Assembly (NCBI GenBank): GCA_053919585.1
Contig: CM132785.1
Direction: 5' to 3' (one strand)
Source: Euprymna scolopes
Taxonomy: Eukaryota
Length of the DNA stretch: 64,000 bases
Part shown: positions 13,081-25,150 of the stretch, in pieces
Numbering within the stretch: position 1 is the first letter of the stretch
How the letters are laid out: each line of letters starts with the position of its first letter
The notes under the pieces: model-generated
Told to the model about the DNA's origin: nothing
What the model saw: the letters and a program-made list of their open reading frames with translations, nothing else
The model's database searches: none
Made by a program: the position numbers and the translations under genes

Positions 13081-14057
13081 TTCAAACTTTTCTCCTCACT
13101 TTTCTAGAAATATCACTCATTGGTGACGTGAACTGAGAGACACAAAAAGAGAAGTGAGTTTGACTAGAGCTGTCGACAACACAGGCACACTACGTTTTCT
13201 ACACTGTATTAAACTAAGTAAAATAAATAAACACCTAAGTAGTTTACTTAATATAAGTTCAATAACCATTTTTGATAGAACACAAAGATTAGTTCCCCTC
13301 ACAAATAAATGAAAGTAAAATACGAATGCATGAATAACATAGACTTTTTTTCGATTCTTGCTTGCCCGAAAATCTTTCGGACGTAGCAAACAAAAAGAGT
13401 CCGGGTACTTTAAACAGTTTGTTAAAATATTCTTAGCCCAGCGTGATTTTCTCTATTGCCTTTCACATATCGAATTCTTAAGTTGATGAATTATTGTATA
13501 TGTCGGCATATAAGACACCCCTAAAGATTAAAGATCTTCTTTAAAATCAATATTTCGTAAGATAACGTGTGTTGCAATATCTAGCCTAGGTTTAACAATG
13601 TGTTCCTTATTGGATTTGGGCATACTATTTTCTTATATTTAAGAATTTTTTGATAACCAAATCATGCATGTCTTTATAGTTTTTCGTTGTTTTTTTATTT
13701 TTTTTAGTACGTCGACCAGAATAAGTTTTTAATCGTGAGCAGAAATGGGAAGTAAATAAGAAGTGCATAACCTTCACGCTGTATGGTTTTCGAGCCGATT
13801 GAAAATCTAGGTAGGTAGATAAGTAAATTATCTTGCCTTTGATAACATTGATTTGATGAATATGTGCTTTTGACAACTTTTATGAAACTGTATATACAAA
13901 AATAACAACCCACTTCACCAAGCAGACTCACATTTTTAATACAAAAAATAACAAAATACTTTTTTTAGCGCTTAAAACCTTTTAGCAACGCCCGGTTTAA
14001 TCCAAAAACTAATAAGATAACCAGAAGAATCTGGGTCATATTTTACGAGATTCCTAT

Positions 14058-14061
<4 letters not shown>

Positions 14062-14131
<70 letters not shown>

Positions 14132-14237
14132 ACTCAGGAGAGGCGTGGTTAGAGGTTGCGCAAGTCTTGCCACACAAATTTCACGCGCAGGCACCCTTAC
14201 AGTGGGTATCCATAGTCTGTCAAGACTGATGGAAGCC

Positions 14238-14293
<56 letters not shown>
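14062..14293. repeat. (TA)n microsatellite split by a 112-bp GC-richer insert (14129-14240)
   Basis: (TA)n on both sides of a unique block ending gggtatccatagtctgtcaagactgatggaagccttc. Confidence 0.85.
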
Positions 14294-14299
<6 letters not shown>

Positions 14300-14932
14300 G
14301 AAAAAAATGCGCGCATGAAAAGTAATATTCTTAAGATTTTATTAAACCTGGAAAAGTAAAGGACAAGAAATTCAACCTGGAAAAGTAAAGAACAAGATAT
14401 TCTAGTAAAGTAAAAAATAAGAATTTTTTAGACTTAAAATATTGCAGCTAAAAATAAATTTTGAATATTGATGAAGATTTTATTTATTATTTGCATATGT
14501 TGTTGTTTATTGTTGAGTTAGAAAAGGTGTCAGTCGCTGAATTGAACTTATTTCCCCCTATTATTGCATATATTTATGTAGTGAAAATTGTTTGAATAAA
14601 ATTAATTCATTAGTTAGTTAATTAGTAGATGGAATTAATAATTTTATAATTTACATAAAGATTAATAATTTTATTATATCATAATTATGATCATTTAATT
14701 CTTTCTAACTCAACAATAAACAAAAACATATGCAATTAATAAATAAAATATTTATCAATATTCAAATTTTATTTTTAGCTGCAATGTTTTAAGTCTAAAA
14801 ATTTCATTTTTTTTACTTTACAAGATTATCTTGTTCTTTACTTTTCCAGGTTGAATTTCTTGTCCTTTACTTTTCCAGGTTTAATAAAATCTTAAGAATA
14901 TTACTTTTCATGCGCGCATTTTTCCATATAAT
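14293..14932. mobile_element. Foldback/MITE-like element with ~235-bp inverted arms
   Basis: 14293-14527 is the reverse complement of ~14700-14932 (attatatg...aaatgcgcgcatgaaaagtaatattcttaagattttattaaacctggaaaagtaaag...); AT-rich spacer. Confidence 0.9.
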
Positions 14933-15049
14933 CCATTATTTTTCCAGGCATTGTTATTGTATTAATATATAAATTTATAATATTTATTAATGATTGTTCA
15001 AAGAAATTAGCTCTCAAACACACATTTATGCAATATTTATCATTCAATC

Positions 15050-15450
15050 ACAGTTGTTTTGAGCCAGGGTCTCTACCGAGACTGCGGTTCATGAATTCGT
15101 GATCTGTATAGAGCGTAAACTAACAAAAAGAAGATGGCACTCGGTGTCTTTTTAGATATCGTTGGAGCTTTTGACAACATACCCTTCAGTAGTATGTTCA
15201 AGTCGCTACGAAAACTCAATGTGCCACCAGTACTCATTCGATGGATTGAGTATATGGTGAGGCACAGAACAGTTCTAGTAGAACTACTGAGGGCAACTGT
15301 TAAAAGGGAAGTAGTTAAATGAAACCCCCAAAGTGGGATTTTATCACCTTTACTATGGAACTGTATGCTGAATCCTCTTTTAAAGGAGTTTAAAAATAGG
15401 AATATTTATGCCCAGGCTGATGCTGATGACATCACAGTGCTGATCGCGGG
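15050..15450 (+). mobile_element. Non-LTR retrotransposon RT fragment, LOA/R1-like
   Basis: PGSSTETAVHEFV, MALGVFLDIVGAFDN, PQSGILSPLLWN, AQADADDITVLI (RT motifs with YADD decayed). Confidence 0.85.
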
Positions 15451-15674
15451 TTCAAAAGCATCATTGGTCAGACACATTGCCAAAATGGGACTACATTTTT
15501 CATCAAATGTGATAACGAAAAATTTGAGTTCATTCAAAGAATCTATATCATAGAATTCACTAATATTTTTAATCGATAAATTCACCATTTTTTGCTATAA
15601 AATCATAAGGAGAGTTAAAAAAAATTAGTTATTAAAAAAAAGTTTGTTTTTTTTAATTATAAAAAAAAAACGAT

Positions 15675-15733
15675 ACACGGGATTGAACCTAAAATCTTTC
15701 CACCAACCCCCGGTACTCTAACTGTTACGCTAA
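15675..15733 (-). mobile_element. tRNA-derived SINE head remnant
   Basis: Minus strand gttagcgtaacagttagag...ggttcaatcccgtg: A-box-like and B-box-like motifs at tRNA spacing, no intact cloverleaf. Confidence 0.4.
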
Positions 15734-16228
15734 CATGTCATATTGGCAAAATCGCAGTAAAAAATTATTTATATACAAAAAAAGTTATGCAAAATAAAAA
15801 AAGCGTTAGTCACTTATGTACTTACTCTCCTGTTTGTGAACCCACATATTTTGTTGTAACTTTTTTTCTACTGAACCAATTTTCGAAATTTCTTTTTCAA
15901 AATGTAGCTAATTAGGTGTTCTATCCAACTATATAACCTGTTTGAAATTTGGTTGCGAACGGAATTAGTGGTGGGGGTTTGAATGTGTCTCGATTCATTC
16001 AATTACGGACTTAAGCATATATTCAACCNNNNNNNNNNNNNNNNNNNNNNNNNNNNNNNNNNNNNNNNNNNNNNNNNNNNNNNNNNNNNNNNNNNNNNNN
16101 NNNNNNNNNNNNNNNNNNNNNNNNNNNNNNNNNNNNNNNNNNNNNNNNNNNNNNNNNNNNNNNNNNNNNNNNNNNNNATCAATATCGATATATCTATCTA
16201 TCTCTTTATCTATCTATCTATCTATCTC

Positions 16229-16274
<46 letters not shown>

Positions 16275-16419
16275 ATGTATTTATATAGCAGCTTTAACAC
16301 TTTTCCTTACATCTGTAAATTTCTTAATAATGTACTTCTCACACGAATGTAATCATTAGATTAGACATTGTTTATCTTTAAACAAGGTATAATAACAATA
16401 TTTTCTTTACACTTATAAG

Positions 16420-16466
<47 letters not shown>

Positions 16467-16929
16467 CAAATTATTAATGAGTTAATTTTTTTATATTTAA
16501 GAAAGGACTGAATAAAAATAAACCAAACTTGGAAAAAATGTTTATAATACTATTCAGCTACTTCAGTCAAAAAATAAAATTATTTAAAGCAGTATTAGCG
16601 AAACTATGTTAGAAGACAGGAATATTTGTTGATTTCAGTGTGTCAGGTAATTACCGAGGTTGAGAAAAAACCCAATATACCCATAACACGTTTATTGAAA
16701 TACTTTTCAAACATTAAATGAACTAAGAAAAATGCTTAGAACGCAATAACCGCATAGCAATTTTTTACTGTGACATAATTAGTAGGGGGTATGCGATCTT
16801 TTTTTAATGAACAATTTGGAAAAGAGGTTGGTCCACAGAATTACTGAAATGTGTGGTTTTTCCTCAACAGTTATACCTCGCGGTACCTCTTTCAGAGCAA
16901 CCCACTACTCGCGGTACCTCTTGGCGAAC

Positions 16930-17800
16930 AGCCTACAACTCATTTTTCTCTTACACCGGCGTCTACTTGCATAGAGAAGTCGCTTCATGATACTCCAAAT
17001 GTTCTCAATTGAGGTAAAATCCGGTGAATTCTCAGGCAACTCCGCCTTTCGTTGCCCAGAGACCCCCAGTTCCTTCAAACACTCTTTGCTTTTGTTTGCT
17101 GAATATGAGGGGGATTATTCTGCATAAAAATAATGGTTCTTTCGAACGTCTAGCTTTGCTTAATCAGTCATACCTCAGAAAAACTATGTAAGCATTTGAC
17201 GTCATTTTTACGCCTTCAGGGACTTTCCATATGCCAACTAAAATGCCTCCAACAATCCCCGCCCAAATCATTATTCCATGACTATCTTGATGGCGCCTTA
17301 AACGCTGATGACGATGTCTTCTATCTAGGACCCCCTCCTTGCTCCAGCGAAATGAGCCATCAAGAGTGACACTCACTTCATCCGTGAAAAAAAAAAAACT
17401 TTGGAAAAATCCGTTATCATGTTGTCGTCTGTTCATTTCTAACGGTTGTGTATGTGATGTTTCTTTAATCGAGGCTTTGTCAAGGGGTTAACAGACTGTA
17501 CCAATTCATTCAATAGTTTTTGAGGAATTCTTCAATTCGGCTTCCTCAAAGTCTTCTCGACTTGTCTGGACAGGGTTCTTAACAACTTCACGTTTAACAA
17601 ATCTAAATTTACTTTTATCAGCTCTCTTACGTACCTTTGTAAGGTTTTTGACAAAGTTCTTCACAATTTTTGGTACCTTCCTATCATTGTCGATATTTCG
17701 ATGGTAGTCTTACCTTTTGCTAGCTGTTCTATAATGGTCCCCCTTTTAGAACTAATCAAACCACCTTTACGACCCATTTTATTGACGAAAAAAACTGCCT
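16930..17800 (-). mobile_element. Tc1/mariner superfamily transposase pseudogene, TRT (DD37E) type
   Basis: MGRKGGLISSKRGTIIEQLAKGKTTIEIS; FFTDEVSVTLDG; RLRRHQ...IMIWAGIVGG...KVPEGVKMTS; IIFMQ(N)N..SYSA...SPDFTSIENIWSIMKR with 37 residues between the second D position and E after repairing one frameshift. Confidence 0.85.
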
Positions 17801-18869
17801 TGTGAATAATTTTACACACATCAAATATCCTGGATTCAGCAATTACGATGAAAAGTTGTTTACATTGCGCAGAACAGTATGAAATTCTCACAGTACGCGC
17901 AGCTCAGCGTTGCTAAAATTTCCGAAGCTTTACATACAACACTTCCTGAAATTTCGGAAACTGTTAAACATTTTTTATTTCGTNNNNNNNNNNNNNNNNN
18001 NNNNNNNNNNNNNNNNNNNNNNNNNNNNNNNNNNNNNNNNNNNNNNNNNNNNNNNNNNNNNNNNNNNNNNNNNNNNNNNNNNNNNNNNNNNNNNNNNNNN
18101 NNNNNNNNNNNNNNNNNNAACGGAATATTTTTTTTAACATATATATATATATATAGCTTGTGTATTTCCGTTTTTAGTGTGAGTGTGGATTTCCTCACTG
18201 TTAGATAAACTGCACATATACTTGAAAACAGGAAACATGTAACTTTAATAATGTATGATTTTATGTGCTCGTAAAATAAATTATTTTATTTTATGGCAAG
18301 ATTATTAAATAAAATAAAATAAAATTTATTATACAAAAATGATAATTTTATTTAAAAAAAAATCTGATGCAATGTCACAGGTTTTCTGTTTGTTTCTGTT
18401 TCCTTATTAGTTTCCAAATCTACTGTATAAGTACTGTACATTTTATTCACACTTTTAAATTTCCGGCTCCACATCCTCTCGTAAGCTATTTTTAGTGGTA
18501 TCATAACACTACCCAGACTTGTCATCATTCCATGCGTCAAATAAATGACTTACTTATCAGCATGTGGCATATGTTAGACTCCTAAATTTTGTTTGAAGGA
18601 AAAAATTCTTCCGTTCTATCGCGTATCTACGGAAATGATTGGAATAATATTTCGGGTATATTTTCAATGCCCTATATTATGGAAGTGAGTTTCTTATCTC
18701 AAAACATGATTATGCTGCAAATGTTGTTCACTTTAAAATTAGGATATGGATGCACACGCTAACACGCGCGCATACAATATATATATATATATATGATAAT
18801 TGATGATTGCAAACACATGTCAGACGAGTGCCACTCCCTTAGACTTAAAAGTCCATGAGCCCCAAAATG

Positions 18870-19373
18870 ACTCCATCGCCACAGGACCATTTTAATAGAC
18901 AAATGCTTGAGAGAGTATCTATACACAAATTATGTTACAGAGCCTTAGCTTTGTACGACAGGCAAGTCTCTCTCTCGGTTCAAAATGTTGAGATCCAGCA
19001 ACAAGCAAGAGCAAGATAGCCATCAACAAGTTAAACTGTAGACCAGCTTAATGCGGGTTCTTGTCTCCCGCTTTATGTTTTTTTTTAATCAGAGATTTGC
19101 TTCTCTTAGAAAGGTTGCCTTCACCACGGCTTGCAGGACCCCTTTCCACCCTAACACACACATACATACACACAAACACACACGGTGCTAGTTGGCCATT
19201 GACCCGAAAAAATGCTTCATTCGCTATTTGGAATGTCTTGTGTTTACTCCTTCAGCAAACTAGCAACCACTCTCACCAAACAAGTCTGGTGGGGGAACCA
19301 GTCTAGCCGCAGGTTACCCGACTATGAGGCAGGTAGTGCTGGGTTACATGGTACCATTAGCATGTGACATGAC

Positions 19374-19375
<2 letters not shown>
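18870..19375 (-). mobile_element. RTE-like LINE 5'UTR remnant (related short piece at ~20905-20960 on +)
   Basis: Minus strand ggcaacctttctaagagaagcaaatctctgatt resembles plus-strand caactagcccaggagaaggaaaaactccgaaat at 20.9 kb, a motif I associate with RTE-type 5'UTRs. Confidence 0.4.
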
Positions 19376-19421
<46 letters not shown>

Positions 19422-19677
19422 TCGCTACTTAATTGGTTGTAAATGCGATGCTAGCTGTTTGTTTGTAAACGAAACGATTTGACCACTATACAAGTGGTAA
19501 GCAAATATATGTGTATATATATTTGTGGAAGTTTTTATGCTCCTTGATGTCGATAAGGATAACTGCCGACTATCAACGTTATGGTCTTAGGGGTAATCCT
19601 TGTCTTCGGAGAGGTTCTAGTCTAGCTTCACAGATGAGTTGTGATACAACGATCAATACTGTATGTCCAAAACTACA

Positions 19678-19720
<43 letters not shown>

Positions 19721-19746
19721 CATATATGTATATATGTATGTATATT

Positions 19747-19976
19747 AAATTATAGTGATTAAATGTATTTCCAAAAACTTTTTTTGAAGTGAAATGGTTG
19801 AGTCTCATATCAAAGATTTTTATTATTTTAAACAACACTAAGAATACTTTAGAAAGTTTATCTCCTTAACATTTCTAAAATATTATTTGTGTTGCTTAAA
19901 ATAATAAAAAGCGTTGATATGAAACTCAAACATTTCACTTCAGAAAGTTTTTTAATTCATTGAATCACTATAATTT
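19747..19976. mobile_element. Hairpin MITE (~105-bp imperfect inverted arms, very short spacer)
   Basis: aaattatagtgatt...tgaagtgaaatggttgagtctcatatcaa...tttagaaa pairs with tttctaaa...ttgatatgaaactcaaacatttcacttca...aatcactataattt. Confidence 0.85.
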
Positions 19977-20084
19977 TATTTATTTGCTCTATCTTGTATA
20001 GCGATCAATTCTTATTTAGATGGGGGTAATACTTATAGAATATTACTGCCAGTAATACTTCGTGAATCTTAAATCACAGGTTTC

Positions 20085-20180
20085 CATCACGGGTTCAAGC
20101 CTGCCTGCCTACTACAACTTTTTTTTTCTCAACACACATCTCCAAACACCCAGGCAATGCAGGTCACCCTGGCTAGTATA
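20085..20180 (-). mobile_element. Third copy (5' end only) of the Helitron-like repeat at 5457
   Basis: Reverse complement reads tactagccagggtgacc...gggtgtttggagatgtgtgttgag...gtagtaggcaggcaggcttgaacccg, matching 5460-5551. Confidence 0.7.
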
Positions 20181-20489
20181 TTCTATAAAGGTAGTTTTTA
20201 AGAGTAAAGCCTTTTTTTTTTTTTAACTCAAAATATTGAGCTACGAAGATGAGTGATACCATTAAAACATGCAATCTATTATGCTCGAGAATTTGTTTTC
20301 TACATAGTGGCAACTATCCTTAATGCACTTTTGGCAGGAACTCATGGACGCATCTATGCTTCCGACACACATCCATGACAGGTTGATTTCTTAGAGTCTT
20401 ACACCTTCAATATCTGCAACAGAGAAATAACTTACAAGTCATGAATGCACAAGTTCAGTCATAATAACAATGCAATTGGCACTTCCCTC

Positions 20490-20548
20490 TGATCCATTCA
20501 GGTGGCATAAAAAATAGGAGGCATTACTTTTGGAATGGCTCTCGTATA
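20490..20548. mobile_element. Mariner-like terminal inverted repeat remnant
   Basis: gcattacttttggaatggctctcgTA; reverse complement TA-cgagagccattccaaaagtaatgc resembles mariner TIRs with a TA target. Confidence 0.45.
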
Positions 20549-21719
20549 TTTTTAGATCGTCATTTTTTCAGGTGAATCTTTTAACATTTAACGAATTCTG
20601 CATATAACCTCCAGAGCACTATAATTTTTAAAATATGAATAGACGTGTTGTTGATTTCTTGAAAGAATATCATGAATACTGCCTGTAAACATGTCTACTT
20701 GAAAAATGTCTGACATAACAAGTGTTGCATGATTATATAATGTTGCCGATTCCCTGTCTTATCTTGCGGAACCATATCTAAGCAACGCCGGGTAGGCACA
20801 CCTAGTTAAGCATAACTGGTGCATGAAATTCACACTATTTCTAATGTTACCGCGATACATGCATTTCAATAATGGTGCACCAAATGTATATTGTCGGTGT
20901 ATACAGGTCAACTAGCCCAGGAGAAGGAAAAACTCCGAAATAACACCAGTCTTTCTCTGCTCATCTTAAAACTGCTTCTCGTCGTAGTCGACCTGGATTT
21001 TTCTTTGCCACTGAATTCAAACAATATCAATTCAGGAGAGGGTTATGGTTGAGATTGTGCAACGCTTATGTCATCCATTTTTCGTGTATGGACGATTTTT
21101 ATGATGAGTTAAAATACAATAAACGTTGGATCAAGCAAATAGGAATCCCCCCCAAACCCTCCAATCTACCTGGCATTCTCCTAGTCGGTATAGATGCATT
21201 TTTCAAATAATTAAGAAATTTAGTGTAATATCATGTGAGGTCTAATCGCAAGCAGTCACCATGTTGGTTTTTACAGCAATAATGAAGCATGTTTTAAGAT
21301 TATGTTGCTTTTATGTTTTTTTTGTTTTTTTTTAGAAGTATGCTTTATTAAAAAAACAAAAATGAAATTAAAAAAAAATGTCCATGATAAAAAACGTATT
21401 TTGATATTATTTAAAACCCGAATATTTTAAAGAATCAGAGTTGAAAATTTTGGAATCCTTTTGACTCTGCAATTTTAATTTTCAAGGATTCAAAGTTTCC
21501 TAAAATTAAGGTCTACAGGCTTTATCATGTTTGAGTTTTTTTTTCCTTTGTTATTTTCCCCCCTTTACATTTTTTTTCACGATCTTCATAAAATACAGTT
21601 TTGACAAGATATTAATGTTAAAAAAGAAGCAATTTTTATCATTTTGCAGTTTTTTTTTTTTCTTAGTTTCATTATTTGCCAGGGTGTCTTAAAAACTTTA
21701 AATGATTATAAAAAGAGAA

Positions 21720-21836
21720 AGTTAAGTAAACACTTAATCAAATCTCCACACTAACGTAATGTACTTGCAATAACCCTTATGCCTGAGTGGCTTCCGGGCC
21801 TTGATAAGTGGTGATCACTGTGTAAAAAAAAAAAAA
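21720..21836 (+). mobile_element. Solo 3' tail of the CR1/Zenon-like LINE with A-tail
   Basis: caaatctccacactaacgtaatgtacttgcaataacccttatgcctgagtggcttccgggccttgataagtggtgatcactgtgtaaaaaaa, near-identical to the reverse complement of 47490-47590. Confidence 0.9.
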
Positions 21837-22887
21837 GAAGCAAATTATTANNNNNNNNNNNNNNNNNNNNNNNNNNNNNNNNNNNNNNNNNNNNNNNNNN
21901 NNNNNNNNNNNNNNNNNNNNNNNNNNNNNNNNNNNNNNNNNNNNNNNNNNNNNNNNNNNNNNNNNNNNNNNNNNNNNNNNNNNNNNNNNNNNNNNNNNNN
22001 NNNNNNNTTACTAATCAACGAAAAACAAACTGCAAAAACAAATGTAAATAATGATATTTTGATCCCAACCAAAGGAAAAAGGTCAATGCATTTAATGACG
22101 ATAGTAGAGCTTACGATACATAATAATAAGAGCAGAGCTGTAAAGTAGAAGTTTTCAAATAGTTTTATTATTCGGCAGAATACTCAAAAACTGATTTGCT
22201 AGGAAATCATTAATCAACGGAGTATCAAAGAATGCAATTATTCTCATAAGAGAGGAAACTGTTAGCGTTATAATAAGATACGCACGATAAATATTAGCAT
22301 TGCTATGTATTTGATGTAAACTGCATAGGATGAATCTAAACGTTTTATGGGTTGTAGTCACAAAACTTTAAAACATAAGAATATAATATATGGAAAACAA
22401 TTCCTGTTAACATACCATTTAGACAAAAATACAAACCGACCGTACATAAAGAAAAATTCTGTTTAATGGAGGCTATTACTTGCAGGTAAATGAGCGAAAA
22501 CAGGTGGTCCAAGTTTAAAACAAAACGTCTGAAATTGTAGTTTAAAATTCTGAAAAAAGCCAAAATTATGCTTCTATGTCGGCTCGATAGAAACTGAAAC
22601 ATTAGACTCCAATTAACATTGTGAAATTGTAGAAAACCAAATTTAACATTTAACTGATGGCGTTGCTTTAATTATTTAAAAGAGGCCACAAATGCTCATC
22701 TAATGAATTTAAAAGTAACGACCTAGATGAATAAAATTGATATTAAGAGCACTGTCTTTTTAAATATCAGAGTGTTATTTACATATACCTTGACAACGCT
22801 GAGTATATCTGTAAGTTTTTAAGTCTCAAGAATAGTAAAATAATATAGGTATAACGATTACATTACTACTACGACGATTATATTTCA

Positions 22888-22923
<36 letters not shown>

Positions 22924-23289
22924 GTGTGTGCGTGCGCATGTGTGTCTATGTGTGTGTCTATGGACATACTATGCATATACGGACATGGTCCAAATTAGTA
23001 CGTATATACGGTCATTGTCAAAATGATGATAATCCTATTAAAAAAATTACATAATAGTTTAAAACCTACGCATTTAAAAGTTAAGAATTTTACAGTAAAC
23101 AGCTGGGAGCAAATATAAAATATTTACGAGTAGATTTTATTGTTTACTTTCAAAACTCTTTCAAGGAGTTTAGCTGAGTTTCATACAAATTCATTCCAAT
23201 ATACCAAATGATTCATTGTAATTCAAACCCTTGTTTCTTATTTTTCATGTATTATTTGCTTCCTGCCAGTAATATAAAAGTTTATTTAA

Positions 23290-23790
23290 TTCAAAATGTC
23301 TTCAAAGAAGCAGTTTTAGAGTAGAAAGATGCACACATTTTTTTTTTATCTGGGGGAACATATCCCCAAGTAGAAATTGCCAGAAAAATCGAATGTTCAA
23401 GAAGGAAGGGTTAAATAAGGATTAAAAAAGACAAGGAGACACAGTCTTTCACGAATAGCAAATGACAAAGCCGTAAAAATTCTATAACAGCAAGAGAAAA
23501 CATACCTTTGAAAATAGAATCTCTGAAAGATAGGGAAAAAGTTCACCAGCGCATGCTGCTCAACTCGGGGAGGATGCAAACAAACGCATATCAGTTAAAC
23601 AGTGAGGAGAATCTTATTAGAAGCAGTATTAAAATGATGAAATCAAGGAAAACGCCATACTTGTTTTCAGGTTAACAAGAAAAACGATTGGAATTTACAA
23701 AATAAAAAATAAAACATGAAAATTAAACATTTGATACCGTTGTCAAAATTGGTTTGTCTGACGAAAGTAACGTTGAGGTAATAAATAGCT
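23290..23790 (+). mobile_element. Tc1-like transposase 5' fragment
   Basis: MSSKKQ...YPQVEIARKIECS (HTH), TVRRILLEA...RKTPYL...KKKRLEF, SDESNVEV (first catalytic D motif); heavily frameshifted. Confidence 0.65.
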
Positions 23791-24699
23791 CCTGTTTTTA
23801 AACCTTGATAGGAACAATTTAATTTTGGGAATATACATCTATAACGTCTACTCAAATATTGTAGCAAATTCTCCAAAAAGCAAAACAAAACAAAAAACAA
23901 AAAATACACTCCTATTCATGTAGTTGCATAATTATTGTTATGTATGGTTTAATCGTCACGTGTAAATACTGGAAATGAGTTCAAAAGTTTTTTAGGAATT
24001 TAGTAGAAATGTGAGATAGTTCTATGTCCTGTAATATAAACACACACACACAAAATGTAATACTGAATTTATATAAATTTTATATTCATTTGCATTTGCT
24101 TTAAGTAATCTTAATAATTTATTTTTCTCTCATAATATTTTAGTTAATGTAAACTCCTACTGCCCTCAGTTTGAATTCCTGGATAAATATGTTGATAATA
24201 ATCACTTTAACTTGAACATTTTACATAATCCACCGGCGAAGATTGCTCTATTCCCATATACTTCAGGCACGTAGAATGTATATGCTGTTTAGCATCCAAC
24301 ATTGAACGTGTGATTATCATTTAGCATTTTATCCGTTGCGTTACGAAGTGACCTGGAACAAAAATGCAATATAAATCGCCTGTCGAATCCATTACAGTTA
24401 TATTAGACTATTTAATTTATATTGAATCATGTTCCCATAATGCATGCAACTGGAGGCTTTCTTTAAAAATATATTAGTGTAAGGATGTTGGTGAGGGCGA
24501 TGCCAATAATACAAGCATCAGATTCCTTGAGAACACATGAATGAAATATATAAAACATATCTATCCAAGTGCTCCTTTTCGTGGCCTTTTTTGTTGGTAT
24601 GCTGAAAGTAATAACCACATAAATACTATAGTTTTAAATGTATTCTTGTCGTTCTTCTAATATCTCAGCTAACCAAAGAACATTGCTGTACATTGCTAC

Positions 24700-25150
24700 T
24701 TAACTGCCGGGACAGGCGCTGTTATTTCCTGACAGATCGCTAGCACTGCTTTCAGGGGGCATTATTAAATTTATGGCCGTTGAGTGGTTACATTAAGAAG
24801 AGATCGATCGGACATATTTAGTATTTACAAGTTATAAATTAGCTGAACAATTCAGTTCAGTGGCCGGAGGTCAACATGCTTGGAAATAAAAGTGTTTCTT
24901 TTGCAAGTGTGGCCACCGTTTTTCACATTCAATCACGTCGTTGCTTCTGCCCGCAGGGGCTAATTAGATCTTTGTGCGAGAAATCACGGCTTCAATACAG
25001 AGGAAGCGACTCAAGTGGCTTCTTGTGGACGCGTGCTTAGAGTAGATGGGTCGCGGAAAGGTTCAAAAATAGGGGTCGGTCCTTATGAAAGATATGAGAG
25101 ATAAAACGAAAAGGCGAATTAATTGGCGGGTTCATCTAACGAGATGAACC
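24700..25150. promoter_or_regulatory. Candidate enhancer or conserved non-coding element
   Basis: Non-repetitive GC/CpG-richer island with clustered homeodomain-like sites (TAAATTTATGG, CTAATTAG, TCAAGTG, AATTAATTG) and no ORF. Confidence 0.3.

Noticed and set aside
14060-14242. ORFs rich in YI or CV repeats (also 19653, 25559, 27782, 27936, 59774)
   Set aside because: Microsatellite translations
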